From the IMG/VR virus record IMGVR_UViG_3300045988_126429, positions 1-63,439 of that record: a stretch of DNA of 63,439 nucleotides. One strand, written 5' to 3'. The notes beneath the pieces were generated by a model. It was not told where the DNA came from and did no database searches. It saw only the letters and a list, made by a program, of their open reading frames with translations. The translations under genes were made by a program, and so were the position numbers. Position 1 is the stretch's first letter. Each line of letters opens with the position of its first letter. This DNA comes from a virus. Positions 44,812-52,531 of the stretch are shown piece after piece.

Positions 44812-45296
44812 ATTTCAAATTCTTCGCCGCAGTGTGGGCAAGTAATAGTTTTAGGCTTATGCTCGTTACTATTAGATGTAGAAGCATTTTCAAAAAAATC
44901 TCCTATTTCGCCGCCTAAATCATGCGATTCAAATCCAAAATCGCCCATATCAATATCCTCGATTTGCTCCAGCTCTAACGCTAACTTTTCAAAATCCCAG
45001 CCAGCAAGTTCCCCGGTTTTATTATCTGCCAGGCGATAAGCTCTTGCTTGCTCATCTGATAAGTTTCCGGCAACAATTACCGGAGCTTCAGTTAAACCTA
45101 GCTCCTGAGCAGCAAGATAGCGTGTATGACCAACGATGATAACATTATCCTTGTCAACTACGATAGGCTGATTAAAGCCAAACTCCTTAATGGAGTTAGC
45201 AACCTTCTCAACAGCTTCTTCGTTGTTTCTTGGATTGTTTTCATAAGGCGTAATGTCTGCCAACGCCATTAATGTAATTTTGCTTCTTAAATCCAT
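44808..45296 (-). CDS. ParB/Srx-like N-terminal domain protein with C-terminal zinc ribbon
   Basis: ENNPRNN...SIKEFGFNQPIVVD...VIIVGHTRYLAA; C-terminal CPHCGEEF. Confidence 0.75.
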   Translation of the reverse strand: MDLRSKITLMALADITPYENNPRNNEEAVEKVANSIKEFGFNQPIVVDKDNVIIVGHTRYLAAQELGLTEAPVIVAGNLSDEQARAYRLADNKTGELAGWDFEKLALELEQIEDIDMGDFGFESHDLGGEIGDFFENASTSNSNEHKPKTITCPHCGEEFEI

Positions 45297-45338
45297 GATG
45301 TACCTCCATTTTTTGCAATAAAAAAGGACAGTGCTTTT

Positions 45339-45458
45339 TTACAAGGTTTCATTATGAAGCTCTCTGGCTTTTTCTTTTTCTTCGTCATTTTTTGCTGCAT
45401 CAAACGCAGCTATTGCTTGGAATTCCTTTTGATAAGCTTCTTCAAAAATATTTTTCAT
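45339..45458 (-). CDS. 39-aa leader ORF after early promoter cassette P2
   Basis: ATG 45458 after AAAGGAAGTCGG; MKNIFEEAYQKEFQAIAAFDAAKNDEEKEKARELHNETL*; below the ORF-track cutoff. Confidence 0.4.
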   Translation of the reverse strand: MKNIFEEAYQKEFQAIAAFDAAKNDEEKEKARELHNETL

Positions 45459-45515
45459 TTTAACCGACTTCCTTTACTCTTTATTTAGCAGGTACTTTAT
45501 CTTCCTTACACTTAT

Positions 45516-45544
45516 ATTATACTACATTATACTATTTTTGTAAA
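45516..45544 (-). promoter_or_regulatory. promoter cassette P2 (upstream of the deazaguanine and structural genes)
   Basis: Minus strand TTTACA (45544-45539), 17 nt, TATAAT (45521-45516); shares about 60 nt of flanking consensus with P3 and P4. Confidence 0.65.
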
Positions 45545-45584
45545 GATTTTTCTTTATAGAACATCGGTTATATTTTATATATTT

Positions 45585-45625
45585 AAAAAGCCGTCTACAT
45601 ATCAATCATTTGTAGGCGGCTTTTT
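45585..45625. terminator. bidirectional hairpin terminator
   Basis: AAAAAGCCGTCTACA...TGTAGGCGGCTTTTT. Confidence 0.7.
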
Positions 45626-45716
45626 GAGTACACAACATATTTTTAGGAGAAGGCTTTATCATCCAACTGTTGCATCTTAATTATATCATTCCTTTAATTG
45701 CCTTGTAAATGACACC

Positions 45717-45986
45717 TTACTGACATGATTTTAAAAGGTGCTCTATTTGTATCCTGGCAAACTCTGCATCTTCGGCTGTGTAGGCTTTTTCGCAGTAACC
45801 ATTACAGGCAGGCTTTGTTTGGTCTTTCTTATAGCTAAAAATAACATTCTGGTATACAGCAAGCTGGCGCATCTGCTCATAAGCTCCTATGCTTATAACA
45901 TACTCCCAAAACGCTCTTAAGCTATCCTCGCCTTTGCTATAAGCTTCTATATACTCATTTAGCAGCTCGTTTAAAGGCTTATCCAT
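45717..45986 (-). CDS. hypothetical protein
   Basis: 89-aa ORF overlapping the upstream stop. Confidence 0.5.
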   Translation of the reverse strand: MDKPLNELLNEYIEAYSKGEDSLRAFWEYVISIGAYEQMRQLAVYQNVIFSYKKDQTKPACNGYCEKAYTAEDAEFARIQIEHLLKSCQ

Positions 45987-46290
45987 TTTTAGCTCTGCAC
46001 TTTCTTATTTTAAGAGCATTGCTGGAAGGATTTTCGCCAAGATACACGCCTTTGGTGTACGGCAGATATGCCGAAACAGTGCTCTTGCTTACACGCAATT
46101 TTTCGGCTATGTTCTCCACGCTGTAACCTTGCTCATACAAATCATTGACCTGTATGGACATATCACTTTCGTACTCACCGGCATCAATGAGAACCTTCCT
46201 GACTTTCTGTTCCGAAATGCGGAACAACGCAGCAACTTTTTTAATGCTGCCTTCTGTGCCATACGCTCTGACAATATCTCCTGGCTTCAC
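45979..46290 (-). CDS. double-HTH DNA-binding protein
   Basis: GTG 46290 after AAAGGAAGTG; IKKVAALFRISEQKVRKVL and VENIAEKLRVSKSTVSAYL. Confidence 0.5.
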   Translation of the reverse strand: MKPGDIVRAYGTEGSIKKVAALFRISEQKVRKVLIDAGEYESDMSIQVNDLYEQGYSVENIAEKLRVSKSTVSAYLPYTKGVYLGENPSSNALKIRKCRAKNG

Positions 46291-46312
46291 AAAATCACTT
46301 CCTTTGTTTTGA

Positions 46313-46573
46313 TTAATTTTCAACCCGAAATTCAATATTTTTTAAAATCTGTTTACTTACGATTGCAAATATGGCTCTAAATTTTTCTATTGCTTTTTTT
46401 TGAATATACGCTTTGTCGCCTTCAATCGCTGCGAATGCAGAACCTTGGCTTATATTTTCTGTTTCATCGTAAATTCTCATTATGTAGAAACCTATTTTTT
46501 CATCAGAATATACATCGATATAGATATTTAAGCCGTATATATTACCAACATTTTTCCTTTTAAACTCCTTCAT
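46313..46573 (-). CDS. hypothetical protein
   Basis: Start MKEFKRK (internal to track ORF 46313..46624). Confidence 0.45.
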   Translation of the reverse strand: MKEFKRKNVGNIYGLNIYIDVYSDEKIGFYIMRIYDETENISQGSAFAAIEGDKAYIQKKAIEKFRAIFAIVSKQILKNIEFRVEN

Positions 46574-46961
46574 TTTTTCTCTGCCTTTCAACATTAATGT
46601 TAACAACATTCGCAAGGCAGTCAAGATATTCGTTTATTAAATTGCCCTCGAAAGCATCACTATAAGTTATTATTAGCTTGTTGTCGTCATCGTTGATTTC
46701 GACATTGCTAAACCGCTCCAAATACATTCTAATAAGTTTTTCTTCATCGATTGTAATGTTGCTAACTACAATCGTTTTTGTGGTATTCAGCTCTTGATGA
46801 ATCTTATCAGCAAGCTCTTTTAAACAGTTGTCGCACAGATGGAGCGACGAACTTTGTACATCGTTACTGCTTATTGTGACGGTTCTGCTTTGTTTTGAAC
46901 CGCACGCTTGACACCAAAACAATTGCTTTGATTGTCTGCGCTCTACATGAATTTTAATCAT
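46560..46961 (-). CDS. zinc-ribbon protein
   Basis: CQACGSK...CDNC; GAGGATGA RBS. Confidence 0.5.
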   Translation of the reverse strand: MIKIHVERRQSKQLFWCQACGSKQSRTVTISSNDVQSSSLHLCDNCLKELADKIHQELNTTKTIVVSNITIDEEKLIRMYLERFSNVEINDDDNKLIITYSDAFEGNLINEYLDCLANVVNINVERQRKNEGV

Positions 46962-47305
46962 TATAACTCATCCTCATCCCAAATTATCATTTTTCGATAT
47001 TTAACGGTTTTATTGCCAAAAATAGCAGCTGGCTTAAGTTGTTTTTCCAGAACTCTTACGCAAGCATTGCCGTCGCCGTTTATACAAACATCGTCGCTCT
47101 GAAAACCTTTGCATTCAAAGCTATATTTTCCGTTTTCGGCTTTTACGAAAATATCATCATCAGCGCCAGTATTGACGATGACACCGTAAACACGATGAGC
47201 GTTTTCGCCTTTATACTGACTGTAACCGTCTGCATTATGCCACAGTTGGATGATGACGGTATCAACGGGATTGAACCGTTCGGTGTAATGCGGGATAAAT
47301 CCCAT
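46961..47305 (-). CDS. hypothetical protein
   Basis: 114-aa ORF. Confidence 0.45.
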   Translation of the reverse strand: MGFIPHYTERFNPVDTVIIQLWHNADGYSQYKGENAHRVYGVIVNTGADDDIFVKAENGKYSFECKGFQSDDVCINGDGNACVRVLEKQLKPAAIFGNKTVKYRKMIIWDEDEL

Positions 47306-47350
47306 AAATTTTTGCTTCCCGGTTACTTCCAGAATATAGCATTTTGTAAA

Positions 47351-47515
47351 TCAAATATCCGTACCGAAGGTTCCGTTTTCGTAGCACTTAACGCCCTTCC
47401 AGGCTTTGCGGGCCTCATCATAGCAGCCTGGGAACATTGCGTATCTAGTTGAATAAGATGTATCGGCGATTACTTTAACAGCTCCGGCTACATTGTTATT
47501 AGCCTCGTTATACAT
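47351..47515 (-). CDS. 54-aa hypothetical protein (below the ORF-track cutoff)
   Basis: ATG 47515 after AAAGGAGGA; MYNEANNNVAGAVKVIADTSYSTRYAMFPGCYDEARKAWKGVKCYENGTFGTDI*. Confidence 0.5.
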   Translation of the reverse strand: MYNEANNNVAGAVKVIADTSYSTRYAMFPGCYDEARKAWKGVKCYENGTFGTDI

Positions 47516-47535
47516 GCTCTCTGTCCTCCTTTTAG

Positions 47536-47811
47536 TTAATTTTTTACAGCTTTCAAATACAAATTTTTTGGAGCTTTGCCGCTACAATCTACAATGTAGG
47601 GCACTGCGATATCGCCTTTATGCTCGGTGAAAACTTCGTAAGCCAACGTAATTTGACCATCTGGCCATTCAATGGCTTTAGTTTCGTCCTGCATTGTAAC
47701 TTCCTTGAAACCTTCCGGAAGAATGATTTCCACTTCATCGTAGATTTCAGCAGGAACAACAGCATAAGTACCGCTTTCCCAGATGCTGTTAAAATTCAAA
47801 AACATCTTCAT
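47536..47811 (-). CDS. hypothetical protein
   Basis: Start MKMFLNF; its ATG overlaps (ATGA) the stop of the start-less ORF 47808..48074. Confidence 0.5.
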   Translation of the reverse strand: MKMFLNFNSIWESGTYAVVPAEIYDEVEIILPEGFKEVTMQDETKAIEWPDGQITLAYEVFTEHKGDIAVPYIVDCSGKAPKNLYLKAVKN

Positions 47812-48074
47812 TTGCTCGCCCTCTTTCCGTAGCAGTACAAATTCCACGCTTGGTCATCTTGTTTCCACAAGTCTACCAATGCTTGACGCTCAGCACGAAT
47901 TTCTGCGTCAATTTTACGCTCATATTCGATTGGGTTAACACCTTCAGGAATGTACTGTAACGCTTCACTGAAAGAAAACTCCTTAATATTGCCAACACCT
48001 TCACGATTGATGTCGGCAGCTTGCTGAGCGCATTCACCGCACAGAAAGTTGTGCGAGTTTACACGAAGTAATGC
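47808..48074 (-). CDS. second half of a zinc-ribbon gene, in the -1 frame relative to 48059..48259; no start codon of its own
   Basis: 88 open codons (...NSHNFLCGECAQQAADINREGV...WNLYCYGKRASK*) with no ATG/GTG/TTG near the 5' end; CGEC completes the CQHC of the upstream ORF. Confidence 0.55.
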   Translation of the reverse strand, partial: ALLRVNSHNFLCGECAQQAADINREGVGNIKEFSFSEALQYIPEGVNPIEYERKIDAEIRAERQALVDLWKQDDQAWNLYCYGKRASK

Positions 48075-48259
48075 TTACCGCAATGCTGGCAAACCTTTTG
48101 GGTACCAGCTGCTTCTGCAATTAAGGAGCGAATTTTCGCAAACAGCTCCTTACGAGTCGTTTTCTTATTGAAGCGGAAAACTCTTTGTTCACCGCCGATT
48201 TTTACAACACACGCCTGACGATGTGCACGCCAGGTGAACTCGACTTGACCTATCTTCAT
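48059..48259 (-). CDS. first half of the zinc-ribbon gene
   Basis: 66 aa ending ...VCQHCGKHYFV*. Confidence 0.55.
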   Translation of the reverse strand: MKIGQVEFTWRAHRQACVVKIGGEQRVFRFNKKTTRKELFAKIRSLIAEAAGTQKVCQHCGKHYFV

Positions 48260-48273
48260 GATTTCCTCCCTCC

Positions 48274-48441
48274 TTAATTCATGCGGCTGAGAATTTCCGC
48301 CTTAATTGCTTCTTCATACTGACCAGATTTACCCAAGCAAGCTTCCAGGTGCTGCGTATTATACAGCACAATTTTTTCAAACTCACCAACTAATTCCTCT
48401 TTACTCATATTTTTTAAAGCAGCAATTTTCTTTTCCAGCAT
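48274..48441 (-). CDS. 55-aa leader ORF after promoter cassette P3
   Basis: ATG 48441 after GAAAGGAAGTCGG; MLEKKIAALKNMSKEELVGEFEKIVLYNTQHLEACLGKSGQYEEAIKAEILSRMN*. Confidence 0.45.
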   Translation of the reverse strand: MLEKKIAALKNMSKEELVGEFEKIVLYNTQHLEACLGKSGQYEEAIKAEILSRMN

Positions 48442-48490
48442 TATAACCGACTTCCTTTCTTGTAAGTTCTTATATCTTCCTTACAATTAT

Positions 48491-48519
48491 ATTATACTAT
48501 ATTTCTCCGCTTTTGTAAA
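48491..48519 (-). promoter_or_regulatory. promoter cassette P3
   Basis: Minus strand TTTACA (48519-48514), 17 nt, TATAAT (48496-48491). Confidence 0.65.
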
Positions 48520-48538
48520 GAGCTTTCTTTATAGAATG

Positions 48539-48772
48539 TCAGTTTTCTTCTAAATCTTCTTTGGTTACTTCATACTCAATACTGCCGTCACGCTTGCGCA
48601 GAACTACCTCAAAGTCACAGGCAGTTGCAAGCTCCAGCAGAAGCTTAAGTGATTTGCATTTTTTAACCTTGTAGTTCAGGGACATTGGCGTAATGCCCAT
48701 TTCCCTAGCTAATGTAGCCTGGTTTTTTCCTGTTGAAGCGATTAATACCTTGATTTTGTTTTCTATTGACAT
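48539..48772 (-). CDS. HTH (XRE-like) regulator
   Basis: 77 aa; GKNQATLAREMGITPMSLNYKVKK. Confidence 0.6.
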   Translation of the reverse strand: MSIENKIKVLIASTGKNQATLAREMGITPMSLNYKVKKCKSLKLLLELATACDFEVVLRKRDGSIEYEVTKEDLEEN

Positions 48773-48805
48773 AGTAGCACCACCTTAATTATTATATCTC
48801 TTATC

Positions 48806-48834
48806 ATTATACAGTGTTCTCTTTATGTAATCAA
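48806..48834 (-). promoter_or_regulatory. promoter of the HTH gene
   Basis: Minus strand TTGATT (48834-48829), 17 nt, TATAAT (48811-48806). Confidence 0.55.
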
Positions 48835-48844
48835 TATAATCTTT

Positions 48845-48884
48845 TATAAAAATATTGCCTGCGAGATTTCCCGCAGGCTTTTTG
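48845..48884 (-). terminator. intrinsic terminator
   Basis: Minus strand GCCTGCG-ggaaatct-CGCAGGC followed by aatattttt. Confidence 0.65.
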
Positions 48885-49550
48885 TTAAGATACTTCAATC
48901 ATCGTGTTTAACCACGAATCGCTTGACGCATTAATGAGCCATTTCTTATTATAGCCGTTATAATGCCTGATCAAGTAAAACTTTGTCTTGTCGCCTTCGT
49001 CATTGTACAGAGAGAAGTTAGGGAACTTCTTGCCTTCTGATTGCTCCAGCTGGTAAAAGTATTCGCGAATTTCTTTTGCTCTCTTTATAACCTCCCAGTC
49101 TGGCGTAAACTCATCAGCATAGTTGTATCGCTTTGCCCGGTCATCTGAATGTACTCTATATCCGGCAAGGTTGGGCAGCACACATATTTTATCAAACGAT
49201 GCTCCCAGGCTATTCACAAAAGCAAGAATCGAATCGAAGTCATAGGCAAAATGAGTGTTACGCATACCGGGCAATTTATACTTATTGCAGTCATCGTTCG
49301 GTTCTTCGTCTGTAATGTAGAATAAGAAGTCTACGAATCCTACATACTGCAAGCCGCCATAAAGCTTCTTTCTTTCGCCAAGCATTTCACAGCAAACAAT
49401 TTCAAGATAAACGCCCTTGCCGTTATCGAGGTGAAATGCTGTTCTAACACGGCAGTTGCCTATGGTGTTGATGCTGCGCTCTGCCTTTTCCCAGCCAGCA
49501 CCTTCAAAATACAATGTTTTCACGTTAACCACTACCTTTCTATTGCTCAT
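48885..49550 (-). CDS. hypothetical protein (221 aa)
   Basis: Long ORF with no motif I recognise. Confidence 0.55.
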   Translation of the reverse strand: MSNRKVVVNVKTLYFEGAGWEKAERSINTIGNCRVRTAFHLDNGKGVYLEIVCCEMLGERKKLYGGLQYVGFVDFLFYITDEEPNDDCNKYKLPGMRNTHFAYDFDSILAFVNSLGASFDKICVLPNLAGYRVHSDDRAKRYNYADEFTPDWEVIKRAKEIREYFYQLEQSEGKKFPNFSLYNDEGDKTKFYLIRHYNGYNKKWLINASSDSWLNTMIEVS

Positions 49551-49618
49551 CGGTAGGAACTATTTCAAATTCTCCTATGTCAAACGCAGTTTCCTTAAAT
49601 TTATCAAAAGGTGTCATA

Positions 49619-49903
49619 TTAGCATACCCCCTTTCTGATAATCATGTGTCGGAGTATTTCTTCAGTAATCTCCATTGCTTTGTGAAGCTCAAGTACACAT
49701 TTCTTGCTTGCATGAAACGTAACCAGGACATAAATACCATTCTCGTAGTCCTGAATCACGTAAGGCATCCTTCTTTCTCCCCAGCGTTCTGTCTTTTCAA
49801 CTACACCACCATTAGAAGCTATTAAGTCATTGAATTTCAAGATAACATCCTCGACTATTTCCTGCTCCGGGCGCATAACGTACATAATTTCATAAGCGTT
49901 CAT
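49619..49903 (-). CDS. rpsF: ribosomal protein bS6 homologue
   Basis: Start MNAYEIMYVMRPEQE after AAGGAGGAAAG; ...GGVVEKTERWGERRMPYVIQDYENGIYVLVTF...ITEEILRHMIIR is colinear with bacterial S6 (compare B. subtilis MRKYEVMYIIRP...DWGKRRLAY...G.Y...IIRH.VV). Confidence 0.8.
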   Translation of the reverse strand: MNAYEIMYVMRPEQEIVEDVILKFNDLIASNGGVVEKTERWGERRMPYVIQDYENGIYVLVTFHASKKCVLELHKAMEITEEILRHMIIRKGVC

Positions 49904-49916
49904 TTTTCTTTCCTCC

Positions 49917-50510
49917 TTACATTTGTTCATCTTCCTGAAAACTGTAGTAACTGCCGTCACCTATAATGATATGATCATAGCAAGGTATTCCCATTATTGC
50001 CCCGGCTTTAACAATATCCCTGGTTAACTTTTTATCGTCAGCACTAGGTGTTGCAAGGCCTGAAGGATGATTATGCGCTACAAAGATTGCAGCAGCATTT
50101 TTCATGATGGCATACTTGAAAATCTCTCTAGGATGAACATAACAGTTAGTCAGCGTTCCTTTCAGTATAGCTCTTGCCTCAATTATTCTGTTTTTGCTGT
50201 CTGCTGCAATTACCCAGAATTCTTCATGATTTAAATACCGCAACTTCGGCATCATATATTCAGCTAAGTCTTGCGGAGCACAGCAGTGTCTCTTTTCCTC
50301 AGCTTTGGTTTCGGTGAAAGCTCTTTTGCCTAACTCTACACCACACAAGAAAGCTTCTGCTTTCTGTTTGTCTAATCCATATGCTTTCAGTTCGTCGGTA
50401 TCTTCCAAGCGATACAATTTCTGCGCCGTTAATTCGGAAACCTTATAAGCTTCTTGCCCTAGCAACGCTTCGCATAACTCTTTGTAACTTTTATCTGCTA
50501 CTTTACACAT
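49917..50510 (-). CDS. radC: RadC-like JAB/MPN domain protein
   Basis: VAHNHPSGLATPSADDKKLTRDIVKAGAIMGIPCYDHIIIG. Confidence 0.88.
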   Translation of the reverse strand: MCKVADKSYKELCEALLGQEAYKVSELTAQKLYRLEDTDELKAYGLDKQKAEAFLCGVELGKRAFTETKAEEKRHCCAPQDLAEYMMPKLRYLNHEEFWVIAADSKNRIIEARAILKGTLTNCYVHPREIFKYAIMKNAAAIFVAHNHPSGLATPSADDKKLTRDIVKAGAIMGIPCYDHIIIGDGSYYSFQEDEQM

Positions 50511-50573
50511 GATTTTCACTCCAATCTTTTTTCCAGCGCACACCTTTCGGTGTACGCTGGTTCTTTCTTTTAT

Positions 50574-50768
50574 TTATGGCTGTTTGTAGGGGTAGTAGCT
50601 TCTCGGCATCAGAAGCTTTTCACGCAATGCATTGATTCTCTTTTCGCGGCGTTTAGTATTTTCCATGAGTTCATGGAATTTATCTCCGGCAAGAGGGAGC
50701 GTTTCCAACATCAGTACATACTTTATAAGTTGTCTTGTTCTCACATTAATCACATCCAATCTTCGCAA
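50574..50768 (-). CDS. hypothetical small protein
   Basis: 64-aa ORF, weak start context. Confidence 0.3.
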   Translation of the reverse strand: MRRLDVINVRTRQLIKYVLMLETLPLAGDKFHELMENTKRREKRINALREKLLMPRSYYPYKQP

Positions 50769-51196
50769 TTCTTAAGATATTCTTTCTTTGCTTCAAATAA
50801 AGCTTTTTTCATAACCGGGTCAGAGTTAACTTGCTCATAAGTCAAAAGCAAAGCATCCAGCGTATCGTCAAGCTCATAAGTTATACAAAACTCATGGTTA
50901 GCAAGTTCGTAACGGAAGGCTGATTTCAAGAAGTCGAAATCTTTCATGTGCTCCTTCTTTTCGATGTTCAGGCGTTTTACTAAATCATTATGAGCCTTAG
51001 CCTGGGCACGAAGGATATATCCTCCGAAGCCGATTTGATAAACCTTGTCGGTATCATTAGGAGCTAACCCAAATCTTTTCATGCCTTCGTTGAACTGTTC
51101 TTCAGTAAAAGCAAAGAACATTTTATCTTTGGTAAAGCTTTCGTATTCCTTTTGCTGTTCTTTGATTAAGGTTGAGTAATCTTTGTATTTCAACAT
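50750..51196 (-). CDS. hypothetical protein
   Basis: 148-aa ORF, AGGAGGGA RBS. Confidence 0.55.
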   Translation of the reverse strand: MLKYKDYSTLIKEQQKEYESFTKDKMFFAFTEEQFNEGMKRFGLAPNDTDKVYQIGFGGYILRAQAKAHNDLVKRLNIEKKEHMKDFDFLKSAFRYELANHEFCITYELDDTLDALLLTYEQVNSDPVMKKALFEAKKEYLKNCEDWM

Positions 51197-51209
51197 CCTA
51201 GCATCCCTC

Positions 51210-51683
51210 CTAAAACGTCATAAATTTCATCATTGGTTTTTGGATTTTAAATTCCATATCTCCAATATGATTGTTGATTCTTGTCAAACACTTCACAACG
51301 GCGTTTGCTTCACTCTCACTGAACGGCATGCAGTCGCCTTCCTCGTTTGTGTAGCACAGCAGCACGTTACCGCACAGGCACTGATCATGTAATCTGCCGT
51401 AACCATAAATAACACTTGCAAGCTCATTGGCTACAGGCTTTTCGTTTTTCAGAAGAAATTCTTCATCGAACACCAGGGTGACTGCCGGGATGATTCCAAG
51501 CTCGCCGTCAAATTCTACTAATTGAAGCGGCATATCCTTAATATCAACAAGCTCGCATTCGCAAAGCTTGTACATAGATTCCAGGGAAATAGTTGGGAAT
51601 ACCTCCATCATTGGCACTTTCTCCACAGAGTTTGTTTTGCCATTGGCATCAACCACAGTTTTCAGTAAAATTGCATAGTTCAT
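51210..51683 (-). CDS. hypothetical protein
   Basis: 157-aa ORF, GAAAGGAAGTCG RBS. Confidence 0.55.
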   Translation of the reverse strand: MNYAILLKTVVDANGKTNSVEKVPMMEVFPTISLESMYKLCECELVDIKDMPLQLVEFDGELGIIPAVTLVFDEEFLLKNEKPVANELASVIYGYGRLHDQCLCGNVLLCYTNEEGDCMPFSESEANAVVKCLTRINNHIGDMEFKIQKPMMKFMTF

Positions 51684-51710
51684 AAAATCGACTTCCTTTC
51701 TAAAGCTATT

Positions 51711-51773
51711 GGCAAGGACTTTGAACCTTCTGCCCGGTAGCTTTACAGGAGCTTAAGCTCCTGTCATCAGCTT
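51711..51773 (-). ncRNA. intercistronic two-hairpin RNA element, copy A
   Basis: Starts at the stop codon: AAGCTGATG-ACAGGAGCttaaGCTCCTGT-AAAGCTACCG-GGCAgaAGGttcaaagtCCTTGCC; homologous to 52532..52594 with compensatory changes. Confidence 0.5.
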
Positions 51774-51935
51774 TTAAAGCTCTATACCTCTTTCCGCTGC
51801 AATTTCTTCCAGCTCTTCAAAATGCTCATTCAAGCATTGATGATGCCATGGGTCGCGCGAGCTGTTGTAAATCTTAATCAGCCTAGCGTTTTCCTGCTTT
51901 AATTCTTCGTTAGTCATGTCTTTAGGTTCTTTCAT
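51774..51935 (-). CDS. hypothetical small protein
   Basis: Start MKEPKD after AAGGAGGAAG. Confidence 0.5.
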   Translation of the reverse strand: MKEPKDMTNEELKQENARLIKIYNSSRDPWHHQCLNEHFEELEEIAAERGIEL

Positions 51936-51948
51936 TGGTTCTTCCTCC

Positions 51949-52233
51949 TTAAATTTCAATCTCGCCTTCAGCAAATGCCTGATAAATATCTTGAGCCATC
52001 AAGTAAGCATCACTAGCTTTTTGGTATCTCTCGTCAGCTTCTTCAGTAATTTCATCATACACATCGGCTTGTTCTGCTCTGGAAGCATTCGGATTATTCT
52101 CAAGCCATGCATAGTAATCATTTTTGGCTTCTTCCAAAGCTAGCTCTTGCTTCCTCTTTTCTTGGTAAAATTTGAGTTTTGCTTCTTTCAGCACACCTAC
52201 GATGTAGGTTAACTGCTTGTAGTTTAATTTCAT
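51949..52233 (-). CDS. hypothetical protein
   Basis: 94-aa ORF. Confidence 0.5.
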   Translation of the reverse strand: MKLNYKQLTYIVGVLKEAKLKFYQEKRKQELALEEAKNDYYAWLENNPNASRAEQADVYDEITEEADERYQKASDAYLMAQDIYQAFAEGEIEI

Positions 52234-52249
52234 TTTGTTCTACTCATTT

Positions 52250-52501
52250 CTATTGTTCAATCATAGTAACATCGTAGCGGCAATATTTATACTCCACGGT
52301 GTCTTTACCCCAGGTAAAGGTTCTTCTGAGCTGAAATTCTCTTCCGTTATAGCCGATGCTGAACAGAAGATAATCAACTGTATATCCATTGCTTGCACTT
52401 TCAAGCAGAACAATCTGCTTCATCGCCGGAGCAAAGCCGAAGTATTTTTCCAGGCATTTGCAGGCAAGCTTTTTCATTTCTTGCTTTTCTTGATAAGTCA
52501 T
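52250..52501 (-). CDS. hypothetical protein
   Basis: 83-aa ORF, AAGGAGGAC RBS. Confidence 0.55.
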   Translation of the reverse strand: MTYQEKQEMKKLACKCLEKYFGFAPAMKQIVLLESASNGYTVDYLLFSIGYNGREFQLRRTFTWGKDTVEYKYCRYDVTMIEQ

Positions 52502-52531
52502 TTTTAAGTCCTCCTTAAAGTTTAAGCTTTA

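Noticed and set aside
51711-51734. GGTTCAAAGTCC and its counterpart AGTTCAAACCC look like tRNA T-loops
   Set aside because: The loops are 8 nt rather than the canonical 7 nt. No acceptor, D or anticodon arms can be drawn around them. The neighbouring hairpin has a 4-nt loop. I report these as a novel RNA element, not as tRNA.
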